DNA of 64,000 nucleotides from a virus (lineage: Duplodnaviria > Caudoviricetes). The DNA is taken from positions 5,423-69,422 of the IMG/VR virus record IMGVR_UViG_3300045938_000231; one strand, written 5' to 3'. Under the pieces are notes generated by a model. It was not told the DNA's origin. It worked only from the letters and a program-made list of their open reading frames with translations, and made no database searches. Position numbers and translations under genes: made by a program. Each line of letters opens with the position of its first letter. Within the stretch, counting starts at the first letter, position 1. Below, piece after piece: positions 16,905 through 26,830 of this stretch.

Positions 16905-19900
16905 GATTGGGTGGCGGTGTAAACGTTGACACGGGCAGCATTTCCGCGAATGTTCGCAGGCCGGTTGACCGTGAATGATATTTCAGGGGCGCTAGGATTA
17001 TTCGTATCCCGGAAGTGGGCCGTAATAGCGACCGGCGCGTCACGCAGGATTCGGAACGTTGCCGTACCGGTGCCCGGTGGGTTGAGCCACTGGCCCGGCT
17101 CTTGAGCGCCGTACGTGGCATCGGTAGGCCACGAGATAGCCATCTGTAGGCCGTCGGTGCCAAAGTTTGTCGTGATGTACCAGAGCAAGTACGATGAGCC
17201 GTTCTGGGTCAGGTATTCGAAGTCAATCGAGAGGATCTTACGAGCGACCGGCGCTTCGGCCATCACCACAACGAGGAAATCATCCGCTACGCTGAGTCCC
17301 TTCGAATCGGCAGCCCGTACCAGTACGGCCACCGATCCCGACGAGAAATCTGCCGCTTTAGTGAACGTCCGCGTAGCCGGGTTATACGTCAGCCAGGCAG
17401 GCAGCGCCGAGCCGTTCGTCTGCGTGACCGTCAGCGTCAGGGCGTCACCATCGGGGTCCGTGAACTGCGTATCAGGGAGGGCGAAGGTTTGCAGCGCCGA
17501 CGTACTGATCGGCACGTCTGGCATTGGATCGGAAACGATAGGTGGTCGGTTGGCAACTACTACCGTTTTGTCAATGACGCTGATCGTACCCTTAGCTTGG
17601 GCATTCTCAAACTGGCAGATAACCTGCTGTGTCCGATTGTTTCCTGCTACGCTATCAGCCGCAACCGTGTACAGGCCGTTACGCCCCAGCGTTGCCCCCT
17701 CGACGGTAATGACCGCCCCCCGGAATATGCCGTCGGCCCCGGCAATGAACCATAGCCCTTTGTCGGTAATGGTGACGCTCGACCCGTCCGAGTACCGGGC
17801 TGTGGCGGACAGCTGAGCGCCGGTACCTTCATCGACCGAAACGGGGTTGTTGAGCGTCAGACTCGTCATTGCCCGGCGGTTGACCGTCAGCAGCCATTTG
17901 GTCGTGACCGGGTTACCGTCCGGATCTTTGGCCGTGATGAACATCGGGTAAGACCCGTTCGGCATCGTCGCTGTCACCGTGAACGGCTTGGCCGCTAGTG
18001 GCTCAAATTTCAGCCCGGCAGGCATATTGGCCGATGGATTTCCGGCCCCGTCGAGCGAACCCGCCGTATAGGTCAGCGAATCCCCGTCGGCGTCGGAGAA
18101 CGTGCCGGTGATCGCGGCCAGCTGCTGATCACCGGTCAGGTTCACGACCTGATCGGGGTACGGATTTGATACGACAGGGGCCGTTCCGGTACGGGCGATC
18201 GTGAACGTTTTCGTTACCCAGACGTCGGAACCCTCCGATCGGGCCGAAAACTCGTACGTACCAGAGACCGCAGTCACGTAGATTTTGCGGAATGTGCCGG
18301 GCATTCCGTTGCCGTTGTCGACAAGCTCCGTTGCGTAAGTGCCGGTATCGGTAAACGAGGTTAAAGCCAGACCGCCGACAGGCTTTAGTTTGACGTAGTT
18401 TGGCCCGTACGCATTGACCAGGCCGACGATCCATCCCAGCGATTTTTCAAAACTCGGGTAAACGTCATTGATCTTGTAAACAGGCGTTACGACCTTCTTC
18501 CTTCGACGCCACAATTCGGTGGTACCAGTGAAGGTTTCGGCCGGTGTCGTTGGCGCAGGGGGCTCATAAGCCGGGGCGGTACCCGTACCGGCGCATTGAT
18601 CCAGGCTGTGAGAACCAAAAATGTCCGCCGAAATACGTTCGGTCGGGATAATAAAGCGCTCAAATGTCTTGCCTAGTAGTGGATTTTCACCCGGGCCAAA
18701 AACGATATGTTCCACCGAGGGGGCCGCTGTTTTGTCGGCATAGATTTGGCGAATACGCGCCGAGTAGCGCGTCTGCATCGGAATGGTTACCGGTGCAGTA
18801 CTACCTTCCGGGTCGGGGCCGACCTCGAAACCCAGTTTTGTCGCCAGCTTCTTAAAGTAGGCCCGTTCCTGCGCCGGGTCGAGTGGAATACCGTCGGCAT
18901 CACGCCCCCCATTCACTACGTCCTGAAAGCAGCGTAGCTCCTCAATGTAGTAGGTCAGGGAGGTAACTGTGCCGCCCCCGACCGTACCCCCTCCACCAGC
19001 TGCGGCTATTTCGGCTTTAACCTGTTCCTGAATTCGGGCGTACTGAATAGCTGCTGGAACAAGTCCATGCTGTATGAGCGCCAGTTCAGCTACGCCAATT
19101 TTTACCTCGACAAACCCTTTTATGTCAGAATTGTAAAACTCGGACTTTATGTTGTTGATGAACGATACGCGAGGAATCTCCTGACTATTTATAAAGAAAC
19201 CCGCCCCCAGTGGCCCCGGTGTGGCGTACCCGTTGGCAGCCACATCGGCAATCGTCGGTTTCTTACCTACGATGTCGATTGTGCCGTTCTGATTCTTCCG
19301 GAACATGGCGAACATGCCCGTATCGACACCATCGGTGATCGTCCGAACGACACTGAGCCAGTCCCGAAGATCTTCCGGGAACATCATTTCCAGCGCGTTC
19401 TGATCCGGCGCATTGGCCGACCAGGCCGCAACACCCAGCGCCCGTTTGATGGGTACGGGTTGGGTGTTGCGGATGATACCGGCGAAGGATGCTGATTTAC
19501 TGGTGACGTAGCCTTTGAGGTTATCGAGCGTAACCTCCAGCTGATCGGCCTTGCTCTTATCGACGTTGACGACCGTAAGGGCCCCATCTTCGTCGACAAA
19601 AAGCGAGAGCAGTTGCCCGGTCTTTACCTCCTCAAAAGCGAACGTGGGAATATTGAGTGCTGCCAGCACGGCACCCAGCGTAAACGGTGTGATAGCTGTG
19701 GTATGATCTTCCCGCTTCTTGGCCATCGACTCCGTGGCCAGCTTCAGAATACCCGATTTTATTTCGGTAGCAGGTGTTACTCCAGCAATTGCCTCCAGAT
19801 CCTCCCGACTGGCGAACGCGCCGGTTAGATCAAGCGTCATTATATCACCGCCGTCCGTCATGAATGTGACAATGCCAGTCACATCGTTGACAGTTACGTC

Positions 19901-19996
19901 GACAATAAGGAGAGCAGCATTTGTATTGACGACCTCCTGGCTATTACGTATTACTTCCCCGCGATCAAGTTTGGCGGGTTTTGGGAGTTGGGACAT
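16901..19996 (-). CDS. Tail fibre-like protein with cadherin-like/putative Ig domains
   Basis: ATEIKSGILKLAT...TAITP fibre repeat; two FSDADGDSLTY / FTDPDGDALTL...LPAWLTYNPATRTF Ig modules; ATARYSDGS Big-like module. Confidence 0.8.
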   Translation of the reverse strand: MSQLPKPAKLDRGEVIRNSQEVVNTNAALLIVDVTVNDVTGIVTFMTDGGDIMTLDLTGAFASREDLEAIAGVTPATEIKSGILKLATESMAKKREDHTTAITPFTLGAVLAALNIPTFAFEEVKTGQLLSLFVDEDGALTVVNVDKSKADQLEVTLDNLKGYVTSKSASFAGIIRNTQPVPIKRALGVAAWSANAPDQNALEMMFPEDLRDWLSVVRTITDGVDTGMFAMFRKNQNGTIDIVGKKPTIADVAANGYATPGPLGAGFFINSQEIPRVSFINNIKSEFYNSDIKGFVEVKIGVAELALIQHGLVPAAIQYARIQEQVKAEIAAAGGGGTVGGGTVTSLTYYIEELRCFQDVVNGGRDADGIPLDPAQERAYFKKLATKLGFEVGPDPEGSTAPVTIPMQTRYSARIRQIYADKTAAPSVEHIVFGPGENPLLGKTFERFIIPTERISADIFGSHSLDQCAGTGTAPAYEPPAPTTPAETFTGTTELWRRRKKVVTPVYKINDVYPSFEKSLGWIVGLVNAYGPNYVKLKPVGGLALTSFTDTGTYATELVDNGNGMPGTFRKIYVTAVSGTYEFSARSEGSDVWVTKTFTIARTGTAPVVSNPYPDQVVNLTGDQQLAAITGTFSDADGDSLTYTAGSLDGAGNPSANMPAGLKFEPLAAKPFTVTATMPNGSYPMFITAKDPDGNPVTTKWLLTVNRRAMTSLTLNNPVSVDEGTGAQLSATARYSDGSSVTITDKGLWFIAGADGIFRGAVITVEGATLGRNGLYTVAADSVAGNNRTQQVICQFENAQAKGTISVIDKTVVVANRPPIVSDPMPDVPISTSALQTFALPDTQFTDPDGDALTLTVTQTNGSALPAWLTYNPATRTFTKAADFSSGSVAVLVRAADSKGLSVADDFLVVVMAEAPVARKILSIDFEYLTQNGSSYLLWYITTNFGTDGLQMAISWPTDATYGAQEPGQWLNPPGTGTATFRILRDAPVAITAHFRDTNNPSAPEISFTVNRPANIRGNAARVNVYTATQS

Positions 19997-20014
19997 TAGT
20001 CGGGCGTTACTGGC

Positions 20015-22660
20015 TTACAGTACGTCGACGCTGACGTACGTGCATAGCTCAATTCGGCGTCGCGTCCGATCATCAGCATTTTCTGCCTGTTCAAACGTCC
20101 ATCCTCTGAATTGAGCACAGTCCAGCCCCGAACTGGTGTCATTCAAATCTAACGCAGTACGGTGTAACTCGAAAGTTGCGATCTCGTCGGTGTCCTTCCA
20201 CTTGAGCGAATCCACGTAGCCAGCCACCCGAATTCCGGCCGGATCTAACAGCGATACGTAGCCATAGTTGCGGTCAATCGGTTCGCCATCGTCGTTGATT
20301 TGAATGGGTAGCATACCAGTTAGCCCCAGCCGTAACCGTTGCACCTGCTGATACTTCAGCCGCACCTGAAACAGTAATTTCTCCGGAGCATAGATCAGCC
20401 GTGGTGCTACCTCGTCGACGTAAACCGATTTTCGCTCGGTAACACGAGTTGGATTCTCTCCCGCTATGGCCGTGGCCAGCATCTTGTTTTGTGGCGTCCG
20501 GCTTTTGTAGATCTCCTCATTCGGCTCTTTGTAGCGGAGGCACCCACCCCACATGGCCACAGTGTTGAACAGCATCCGACCAGGCGTGAGCCGTAGATTG
20601 AATGCCGTGTCAGCTGCAGCGATACCTGTGACCGCTCCCAGATCAGCGCCGGTTTCGGGCATCAATGGAGACAACTGAGAGGGTTTGATCTGCCCGTTTC
20701 CGACTACTTCGTCGACAAACACATCACCACCCTTCACGTAAAACGTCCATGGCACGCGTGATACGTCGCTGATGTACGTGACCTCATAAGGGTAATTGTT
20801 GCTGACAGATCCGAATACAAACACGGTCATACCAGGCGTCATCCATTCGATTGCCTTTGGCACTTCAATGATGCTGCCCCCCGTAAAACTGTCCTTGTAT
20901 AGCTTGATCGGGCCGCTGTAGGTCGATGCAGGCTTACACTGGACAATGAAAATCGAATCGTCGAACTCAGTACCATCCTTTGGCTTGTCGGTAAACTGTT
21001 CACGCCTGGTACGCTCGATCGCCAGCGTAGAGGCTACCAGTTTGCTGACAAATGACTTTTTACCTTCGTAATTCCGTACGGGTGTAGTCAGCTGGTGTTT
21101 GGTGTGCACCTCCTCCAGGGCGCTGGTACCCTCTTCCACGTACTTATCATAACCGACCTCGACGCTGCTGATCAGTTCAGTCGGAATCTCCTGTTCTTTG
21201 TAGTCGATCACTTCATCGAGTCGTAGCAACTCAACGGCCTGGTAAAACTCCGAAACGGGTTTGATCACAACGGTATCGATCGGAATCCCCAGATCGTTGA
21301 TTTCGGTACCGAACGCCATACCCACTCCGTCGATCGCCTGACAACTGCTCATCAGATCCTGTAAGTTGGTCGAAATAGGATGTTCGGTTTCTTTGAAATT
21401 CCTGGCCGCAAAACCGTTGAACAATAACCGTTCAGCGCCCGGGCCGGAAACTGGGTAACGCCCTCCCTGCAGTCCGTAGTAGGAACTACGCAGCCGGTCA
21501 AACAGATCTGTCGACGCTACTACTCCAGCCTCTAAAGCGTCGTACAACGTAACGGCACCAGCTGAGGTTGCGGAATTCTTTGTTGTTGAGCCACTTAGCG
21601 TAAGCCTAACTGTGAGAGGAATAACTTCAATTTGGGTTTGTTGCAGTTCATTCTTGTTGTGAGAGAAGGTTAGTCTGCCGTATAAAAACAGCTTGTCACC
21701 GGCCTTTATGTCTATCTGCTTAGTGATGCGACCTTTAGGCATTAATAGCACCTCAGTTGTACCGTTGTTTCCTGAGGATAAAGGCTCTGTAATGCTTATG
21801 TCCTGACGTTGACCGTTAAGGCTTATAACGGTTATATAAGTGTTTGCTGCGTAACGTGTGATTCGAGCGGCCCCTACCGATATGGTGCGCTTCTTGACGG
21901 TCCACCAAAGCCGGTAATTGACGGTAAAGTCCAGATTGAATGTACCCCCTCCACGAAACTTGAATAACCAGTTGTCGTCAGCAACAGGATCGGATGACTC
22001 ACTAATACCTGCTGGCTTCCCGCTGGCGAACTCTTCGATGTCAGCCGTTTGTGGATTGGCTGTATCAAATTGAATCCATACATGGCCGTTACAATCACCA
22101 GAGAAGGTCTGTTCTACTTTAGTGACGCCAGTCTTAAGGTTACACTCAAATTTTTCGGCGAGAGATTGCGATAGTAACGGGATTTTTTGAGTGCTGCTGA
22201 TTGTGAAATCGGAAGCCCACCGGGCCATTAGTTTGTCTCGCAAGCTCTTACGTTCGAGAGCAACGGCAATTTTCCGTTTTTCTACTTGACGAGTTCCAAA
22301 GCTGAGACAGCCCTCGTACTCAACTATGTATGTATCGCCATATCTGACCCCTATTTGTAGGGTGACGATGGCGTCATGCCCCTCAGCCTGATAGATTGTC
22401 TCAATAAAATCACGGCCTGATTTTCCCGAAAACTGAACTCTTGCATTGGAGTACTCCTGACTGACTCCATGCCAGTCAGGGTCACGTTTTAACGTGAAGT
22501 CTACCTTATCCCAGCCTTCGGGTTCGCGAATGATTAGCGAGTCTCCCAGACTGCCGTTCGGGTTGTAATGTTGCAGGCGGAAGAACTTCGGAAAGTCAGA
22601 ATACAGGCCGGGAAGGACAAAGAAGCGACCGTATGCGTCGTAAATAGTTTCAGTTTTCAT
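20015..22660 (-). CDS. Tail tip / baseplate hub-like structural protein
   Basis: 881 aa between tape measure and fibre genes; EPEGWDKVDFTLKRDPDWHGV N-terminus resembles Bacteroidota siphovirus tail proteins. Confidence 0.65.
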   Translation of the reverse strand: MKTETIYDAYGRFFVLPGLYSDFPKFFRLQHYNPNGSLGDSLIIREPEGWDKVDFTLKRDPDWHGVSQEYSNARVQFSGKSGRDFIETIYQAEGHDAIVTLQIGVRYGDTYIVEYEGCLSFGTRQVEKRKIAVALERKSLRDKLMARWASDFTISSTQKIPLLSQSLAEKFECNLKTGVTKVEQTFSGDCNGHVWIQFDTANPQTADIEEFASGKPAGISESSDPVADDNWLFKFRGGGTFNLDFTVNYRLWWTVKKRTISVGAARITRYAANTYITVISLNGQRQDISITEPLSSGNNGTTEVLLMPKGRITKQIDIKAGDKLFLYGRLTFSHNKNELQQTQIEVIPLTVRLTLSGSTTKNSATSAGAVTLYDALEAGVVASTDLFDRLRSSYYGLQGGRYPVSGPGAERLLFNGFAARNFKETEHPISTNLQDLMSSCQAIDGVGMAFGTEINDLGIPIDTVVIKPVSEFYQAVELLRLDEVIDYKEQEIPTELISSVEVGYDKYVEEGTSALEEVHTKHQLTTPVRNYEGKKSFVSKLVASTLAIERTRREQFTDKPKDGTEFDDSIFIVQCKPASTYSGPIKLYKDSFTGGSIIEVPKAIEWMTPGMTVFVFGSVSNNYPYEVTYISDVSRVPWTFYVKGGDVFVDEVVGNGQIKPSQLSPLMPETGADLGAVTGIAAADTAFNLRLTPGRMLFNTVAMWGGCLRYKEPNEEIYKSRTPQNKMLATAIAGENPTRVTERKSVYVDEVAPRLIYAPEKLLFQVRLKYQQVQRLRLGLTGMLPIQINDDGEPIDRNYGYVSLLDPAGIRVAGYVDSLKWKDTDEIATFELHRTALDLNDTSSGLDCAQFRGWTFEQAENADDRTRRRIELCTYVSVDVL

Positions 22661-23065
22661 CTACCCAAGTTAGCCCCGCCCTATGCGAGGACTAACCCCA
22701 TCCGAGAAGGTGACTTGTCCGTTTGGCCTTACACTATAAGCGTAGGGTAAAAACTAATCTCCCCTTTTGCTTCGGAAAATGCTTTCGGTATAATAATCAC
22801 CAAAGTTTTCGACGCTGTTTTCTCCTCACAAAAGATTGGAAAGGGAAGGAAAATGAAGAGTAAGTGGTGGTGCCGTACTGAACATATTCGTGTAGATACA
22901 CTAAATACAGAGATAGACAAAAAAGGAAAATTACCGTACGTTCTGTACAGAATATACTTTTTTTAACTTCTGGAACTTTTTTGCTTTTAGTATAGTTACC
23001 CCTATATAAGCACCAGATGGGCTTATATATTTTTTGAGTAATGTCCCGCTGTTGGCGGGCCAAAT

Positions 23066-23083
23066 TTGACAGCCCTAATAGGG
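23066..23083 (+). promoter_or_regulatory. Candidate toxin-antitoxin promoter/operator
   Basis: TTGACA at 23066 followed by palindrome CCCTA-A-TAGGG (23073-23083) just before the antitoxin ATG. Confidence 0.4.
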
Positions 23084-23091
23084 ATTAGGAT

Positions 23092-23343
23092 ATGCTAGTT
23101 TATTCAGCACAGGATGCCCGGAAAGACTTTTCCGAGATTGTCAGCAAAGCTGCCTTTGCAAACGAAGCAACAGTGATCACCCGGTCAGGAAAAAGCGTTG
23201 CGGTGGTCATCTCTTATGATGACTTCGAGTTCTACCGGGAGTTAGAAGACAAACTCGATGGCGAGCTAGCGACGGCGCGCCTTGCTAAGAAGGGAAAGCG
23301 TTTGTCACTGGAAGAGGTAAAGGCCAAACATGGTCTTGAGTAA
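23092..23343 (+). CDS. phd: Phd/YefM family antitoxin
   Basis: SAQDARKDFSEIVSKA....EATVITRSGKSVAVVISYDDF motif. Confidence 0.9.
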   Translation: MLVYSAQDARKDFSEIVSKAAFANEATVITRSGKSVAVVISYDDFEFYRELEDKLDGELATARLAKKGKRLSLEEVKAKHGLE

Positions 23344-23399
23344 GAGGAGTAATTGAGGTGTCAGGGTTGCCACCTCAATAGTTTAACCATTAAACACAG

Positions 23400-23693
23400 A
23401 TGAGTATTGATAAAAAAAGCTATACGATAGAGTTCGAAGAAAGTGCGTCCGACGATTTAGATGGACTGACCAAAAAGGTTAAGGCACAAGTTTTATCTGC
23501 CATTGAAAAACTAGAAGATGGCCCCCGATCAGGTAATGTTAAGAAGCTGAAAGGGTACGATAATTTATACCGTTTGAGAAGTGGAGATTACCGAGTGATT
23601 TATACCATTGAAGATGATGTCCTAGTTGTCTTAATTGTTGCAATAGGAAACCGCCGGGACATATATGAATTACTGAAACGACGAATCAGCTAA
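23400..23693 (+). CDS. relE: RelE/ParE family toxin
   Basis: YTIEFEESASDDL...VKKLKGYDNLYRLRSGDYRVIYTIEDDVLVVLIVAIGNRRDIY. Confidence 0.92.
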   Translation: MSIDKKSYTIEFEESASDDLDGLTKKVKAQVLSAIEKLEDGPRSGNVKKLKGYDNLYRLRSGDYRVIYTIEDDVLVVLIVAIGNRRDIYELLKRRIS

Positions 23694-23703
23694 ACCATAC
23701 ACA

Positions 23704-23753
23704 AACCAACAGCCCCTTCCTCGATCTTAGCTCAGGAAGGGGCTGTTGGTTTT
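23704..23753. terminator. Intrinsic terminator after relE, probably bidirectional
   Basis: AACCAACAGCCCCTTCCT...AGGAAGGGGCTGTTGGTT followed by TTT. Confidence 0.85.
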
Positions 23754-23776
23754 GCCGCGGCTAACTCGGCCCGTCC

Positions 23777-25165
23777 CTACAGGTGGGACCACGACCTACC
23801 CTTCTTGATAGAGGAGACCAGGGAGGTAGAAATCCCGAATAGAGTTGAAATGTACCGACCCGTTTCACCTCTTAAAAGGAGACGCTTTATCTCCAGTACC
23901 TTGTCGGTAGTTAGGGCCGAATGGGGGTTTGCTTCGCCTTTGCGAGCTTTGCCTTGAAACTCGTAAACGAACCCGGTTACATGAGCCCAAATTTTGCCGC
24001 AACGTATTTTTGAAATTGCATCCTTGCTTATGTCGAATTTTAAGGCAATGTCAGGATTTGACCACCCAGCAAGAATCAGCTCTTTTATTTCCAAGACGTT
24101 GCTTTCATTCAGTTTAGCCATTCCGTGAAAGCTGCCTTTGGGATTCCCTTGTCCTAAATTATTGCGCTCGTTCCAGCCTGTTAGATGGTGCCATGTTCGG
24201 CCTATACGAACATCATTTATTGCATCAATACTAAACTTGGTAGCGGATTGTATTTTCCGGTTTGTAAGGCCATTTAATATCAATTCTTTAATTTTCAGAA
24301 CGTCGGTTTCGGCTAAAGTAGACAGGTGACAATCGCTACCGTTTGGCTTTGTTTTGTAATAGACCGGCGTTAAAACCGTTTCGGCTTTTCGCTTCTTTCG
24401 CTCTAAGTAGATGGTGGCATCTTTATACAGCCAAGCCAGAAGAGTAGACGTTTGGTCGCGACCACTGACGACCACTTGTATAATTTCGGGAGTAGTATGA
24501 TGCTTCTGAATAAATGATCGAATCTGACATTTATTTTCAATCAGTTCACCCAGCCTTTCAATGAACGGAATTGACCCTACTGCACCCACTACAGATTCCT
24601 GCCCTTCCCCCCTGAAACTAATCCAGCCATCACCGTCTATATAGCCTCGGATAAAGTGCGGCAATAGCTCTTCTGGCATCCATTCAGGAAAGGTCAGGGT
24701 AAATGATTTTGCTCGACCGCAACCCCACTTAGTAAGGGACTCCGACAACCTTTTACTGCCGATGTCAAGACAAGCCTGCTTGCGCTTATCCACCCGAATC
24801 GGGTGGTTACTATCCAGTGCAACCTTAAATGCTTCCAAAATGTGAACATCTCTCTCTTGAAGGTGTAGTGCTACTTTGTATTTCTGATCCTTCTCGCCGT
24901 TATACCCATCAGCATACAGAAAGCCCAAGAAGTAGGCTTTGGCCTCACAGTCTATGTGATCAAAATAAGCATCGTTGATTTTATGCTTAGTTGAGCAGCT
25001 TTCGGATTTGGTGCGCTTCTGGACGGCATTCTGTGATAGGATTTCATTTAAAGCTAGACGACCAATCTTAAACTGCTTTGTAAGGCTCGTGACTCTTGCC
25101 CCTTGAACATAAGCCCTTACCATTTGCTTTTGTTCTTCCGTGGATTTCTTGGGATATATTCTCAT
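23777..25165 (-). CDS. Free-standing LAGLIDADG homing endonuclease with three C-terminal HTH repeats (cassette A)
   Basis: AYFLGFLYADG and FIRGYIDGDG motifs; repeats ending GRTWHHL, GKIWAHV, GRSWSHL. Confidence 0.88.
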   Translation of the reverse strand: MRIYPKKSTEEQKQMVRAYVQGARVTSLTKQFKIGRLALNEILSQNAVQKRTKSESCSTKHKINDAYFDHIDCEAKAYFLGFLYADGYNGEKDQKYKVALHLQERDVHILEAFKVALDSNHPIRVDKRKQACLDIGSKRLSESLTKWGCGRAKSFTLTFPEWMPEELLPHFIRGYIDGDGWISFRGEGQESVVGAVGSIPFIERLGELIENKCQIRSFIQKHHTTPEIIQVVVSGRDQTSTLLAWLYKDATIYLERKKRKAETVLTPVYYKTKPNGSDCHLSTLAETDVLKIKELILNGLTNRKIQSATKFSIDAINDVRIGRTWHHLTGWNERNNLGQGNPKGSFHGMAKLNESNVLEIKELILAGWSNPDIALKFDISKDAISKIRCGKIWAHVTGFVYEFQGKARKGEANPHSALTTDKVLEIKRLLLRGETGRYISTLFGISTSLVSSIKKGRSWSHL

Positions 25166-25167
25166 GG

Positions 25168-25530
25168 CTAATGATGCTTCACATTACGTTTTTCAGTCTT
25201 TTTCCTAATGAAGTTTTTCGGGTAGGACGCAGTTTGTTCGTGGCACGAATGGCACAAGGTTCGCCCGTTACTTGAGTCCCACAGGAACGAACAGCCTAAA
25301 GCGTCCTCTATACTTTTTAGCCGGTATTCTGTGAGGATTTCCGAGACGCTTTTAATGTGATCGGCTTCAATTACCCTTTTTCGTCCGTTACGCCTACCGC
25401 ACTGCTGACAGGTGAAACGATCACGGATAAACACCGCCCGTTTCCACTGTTCATATTCATCTAGCTTGCGTATTTGACGAACGAGGGCAACGCGGCCCCC
25501 GTTCGTTTTTGCTTGTTTAATTTCAGGCAT
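25168..25530 (-). CDS. HNH endonuclease
   Basis: WKRAVFIRDRFTCQQC...EADHIK...SNGRTLCHSCH. Confidence 0.88.
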   Translation of the reverse strand: MPEIKQAKTNGGRVALVRQIRKLDEYEQWKRAVFIRDRFTCQQCGRRNGRKRVIEADHIKSVSEILTEYRLKSIEDALGCSFLWDSSNGRTLCHSCHEQTASYPKNFIRKKTEKRNVKHH

Positions 25531-25702
25531 TGGACTGTTCACTGATTGAGCTTATGCTTGCCTCAATTCGCTCAATCTGACCTTTGCAAAAAGCTAGGTC
25601 AGTTGTTGGTGTATCGGGGTTCTTTTCGATTTGAGCTAGGTACACTTTCCAGTCGTGTAGCTGAATCTGGAGCATTTGTTTCGGGGTGATTTGATTTGCC
25701 AT
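25523..25702 (-). CDS. MANQ micro-protein, copy 1 (59 aa)
   Basis: Manual translation MANQITPKQMLQIQLHDWKVYLAQIEKNPDTPTTDLAFCKGQIERIEASISSISEQSNA; paralogous to 44727 and 59651. Confidence 0.85.
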   Translation of the reverse strand: MANQITPKQMLQIQLHDWKVYLAQIEKNPDTPTTDLAFCKGQIERIEASISSISEQSNA

Positions 25703-25714
25703 GATGAGGGTTGA

Positions 25715-26050
25715 TTATGAAAGTTGATTGGTGAAATACTGATTAACTGATTGTTGGCGACGGCGAGCAACGGGTAAATCCTGGCCGCTACGAAGGCGCA
25801 CGTACCGATGACTCTTTCCGGTTATCCCCCGCACAAAAGCAGGGTTCACCAAATGGCCTTTGTGGATGCGGATGAAGCCAGGAAGTTGGGCGGCTATCCG
25901 GCTCAGGGTCTGGGACAAGAGGTAGCGCCCGCCATCGCTGGTGAATATGTAGCTGTAGTTGTTGTCTCCCCGAACGCGCACGATCAGGCGAGTGGCTACC
26001 CGGCAGGTCAGTCGACCCACCGGAAGCCAGATAAAAGGCTCGTTTAGCAT
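25715..26050 (-). CDS. Stand-alone LytTR DNA-binding protein
   Basis: GDNNYSYIF...LLSQTL...FIRIHKGHLVN...LPVARRR. Confidence 0.88.
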   Translation of the reverse strand: MLNEPFIWLPVGRLTCRVATRLIVRVRGDNNYSYIFTSDGGRYLLSQTLSRIAAQLPGFIRIHKGHLVNPAFVRGITGKSHRYVRLRSGQDLPVARRRQQSVNQYFTNQLS

Positions 26051-26056
26051 GGTTGA

Positions 26057-26818
26057 TTATTCTTCGGAGTAGTGTAGCTCGGACATAATCAGCGAATACA
26101 GCTCATTGAGATGACCGTACCGCTCGATAGCATCCACGATGCTTTCCGTGCCGATGCGCTGGAGCCGGTAGACGGAAATGCGGTAGACCTCATAAAGCCG
26201 CTTATAGAGGTAATTCCAGGTGGTATAGGTGGCACAATGATTGCGCGCTGCTATCTCTATCACCAAGCGGGGGATCGTCTGCCGTAATGAGGCACCCCCG
26301 ATTGGTACCCGCAACTGTTGCCCCGGTATTGAGGGGGGCGTTTGCTGGGCGGGGGCATGGACTAACCTTTGGCCCGACATGATCAGGTCAACGTCGGCCC
26401 GTAGACGATCAAGTTGCTGTTGCTGATTGGCGAGAAGCTGGTTGCTTTGAGCCATCAACTGTAGCAACACCTGCTCAGTTGTTGGCGGTAGATTGGTTGG
26501 CTGTTCGACTACCTGACGCAAAGTCTCCTCGCAATGGATGAAGTACTGCCGGGCTTCCTTCCCTTTTTCGTTACGCTCGACCATTGACAACTCCTTTGCC
26601 ATGCTCAGCGTCAGGGCGTAGTCGGTTTCAATTCCCCCGCCTACTAAATTCTTAGTAAGCGTTACGTAGTCCCGATCCTCCAGAAAGCCGTACTTGATGA
26701 TGCGGTTCTTGATCCAGTCGTTGAAGCGAGATTTGACCTCCAAAAAGGCGTGCAGATCACGGGCAGACACTACCGACGAACCTTGTCCGTCGGTAGTAAC
26801 TTTTATCAGCTCTTCCAT
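26057..26818 (-). CDS. AntA/AntB-type antirepressor (cassette A)
   Basis: VSARDLHAFLEVKSRFNDWIKNRI...DYALTLSMAKELSMVERNEKGKEARQYFI. Confidence 0.88.
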   Translation of the reverse strand: MEELIKVTTDGQGSSVVSARDLHAFLEVKSRFNDWIKNRIIKYGFLEDRDYVTLTKNLVGGGIETDYALTLSMAKELSMVERNEKGKEARQYFIHCEETLRQVVEQPTNLPPTTEQVLLQLMAQSNQLLANQQQQLDRLRADVDLIMSGQRLVHAPAQQTPPSIPGQQLRVPIGGASLRQTIPRLVIEIAARNHCATYTTWNYLYKRLYEVYRISVYRLQRIGTESIVDAIERYGHLNELYSLIMSELHYSEE

Positions 26819-26830
26819 GATACCCGCTTA

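Noticed and set aside
9486-17816. Plus-strand ORFs such as 9486-9941, 15383-16012 and 17115-17816
   Set aside because: Antisense shadows of GC-rich tail genes with no recognisable motifs.
9072-19996. Diversity-generating retroelement or invertible fibre cassette
   Set aside because: No reverse transcriptase, invertase, template/variable repeat pair or inversion sites were seen.
22729-23063. Short minus-strand ORFs upstream of the tail hub gene
   Set aside because: AT-rich intergenic sequence with implausible composition; more likely a promoter region.
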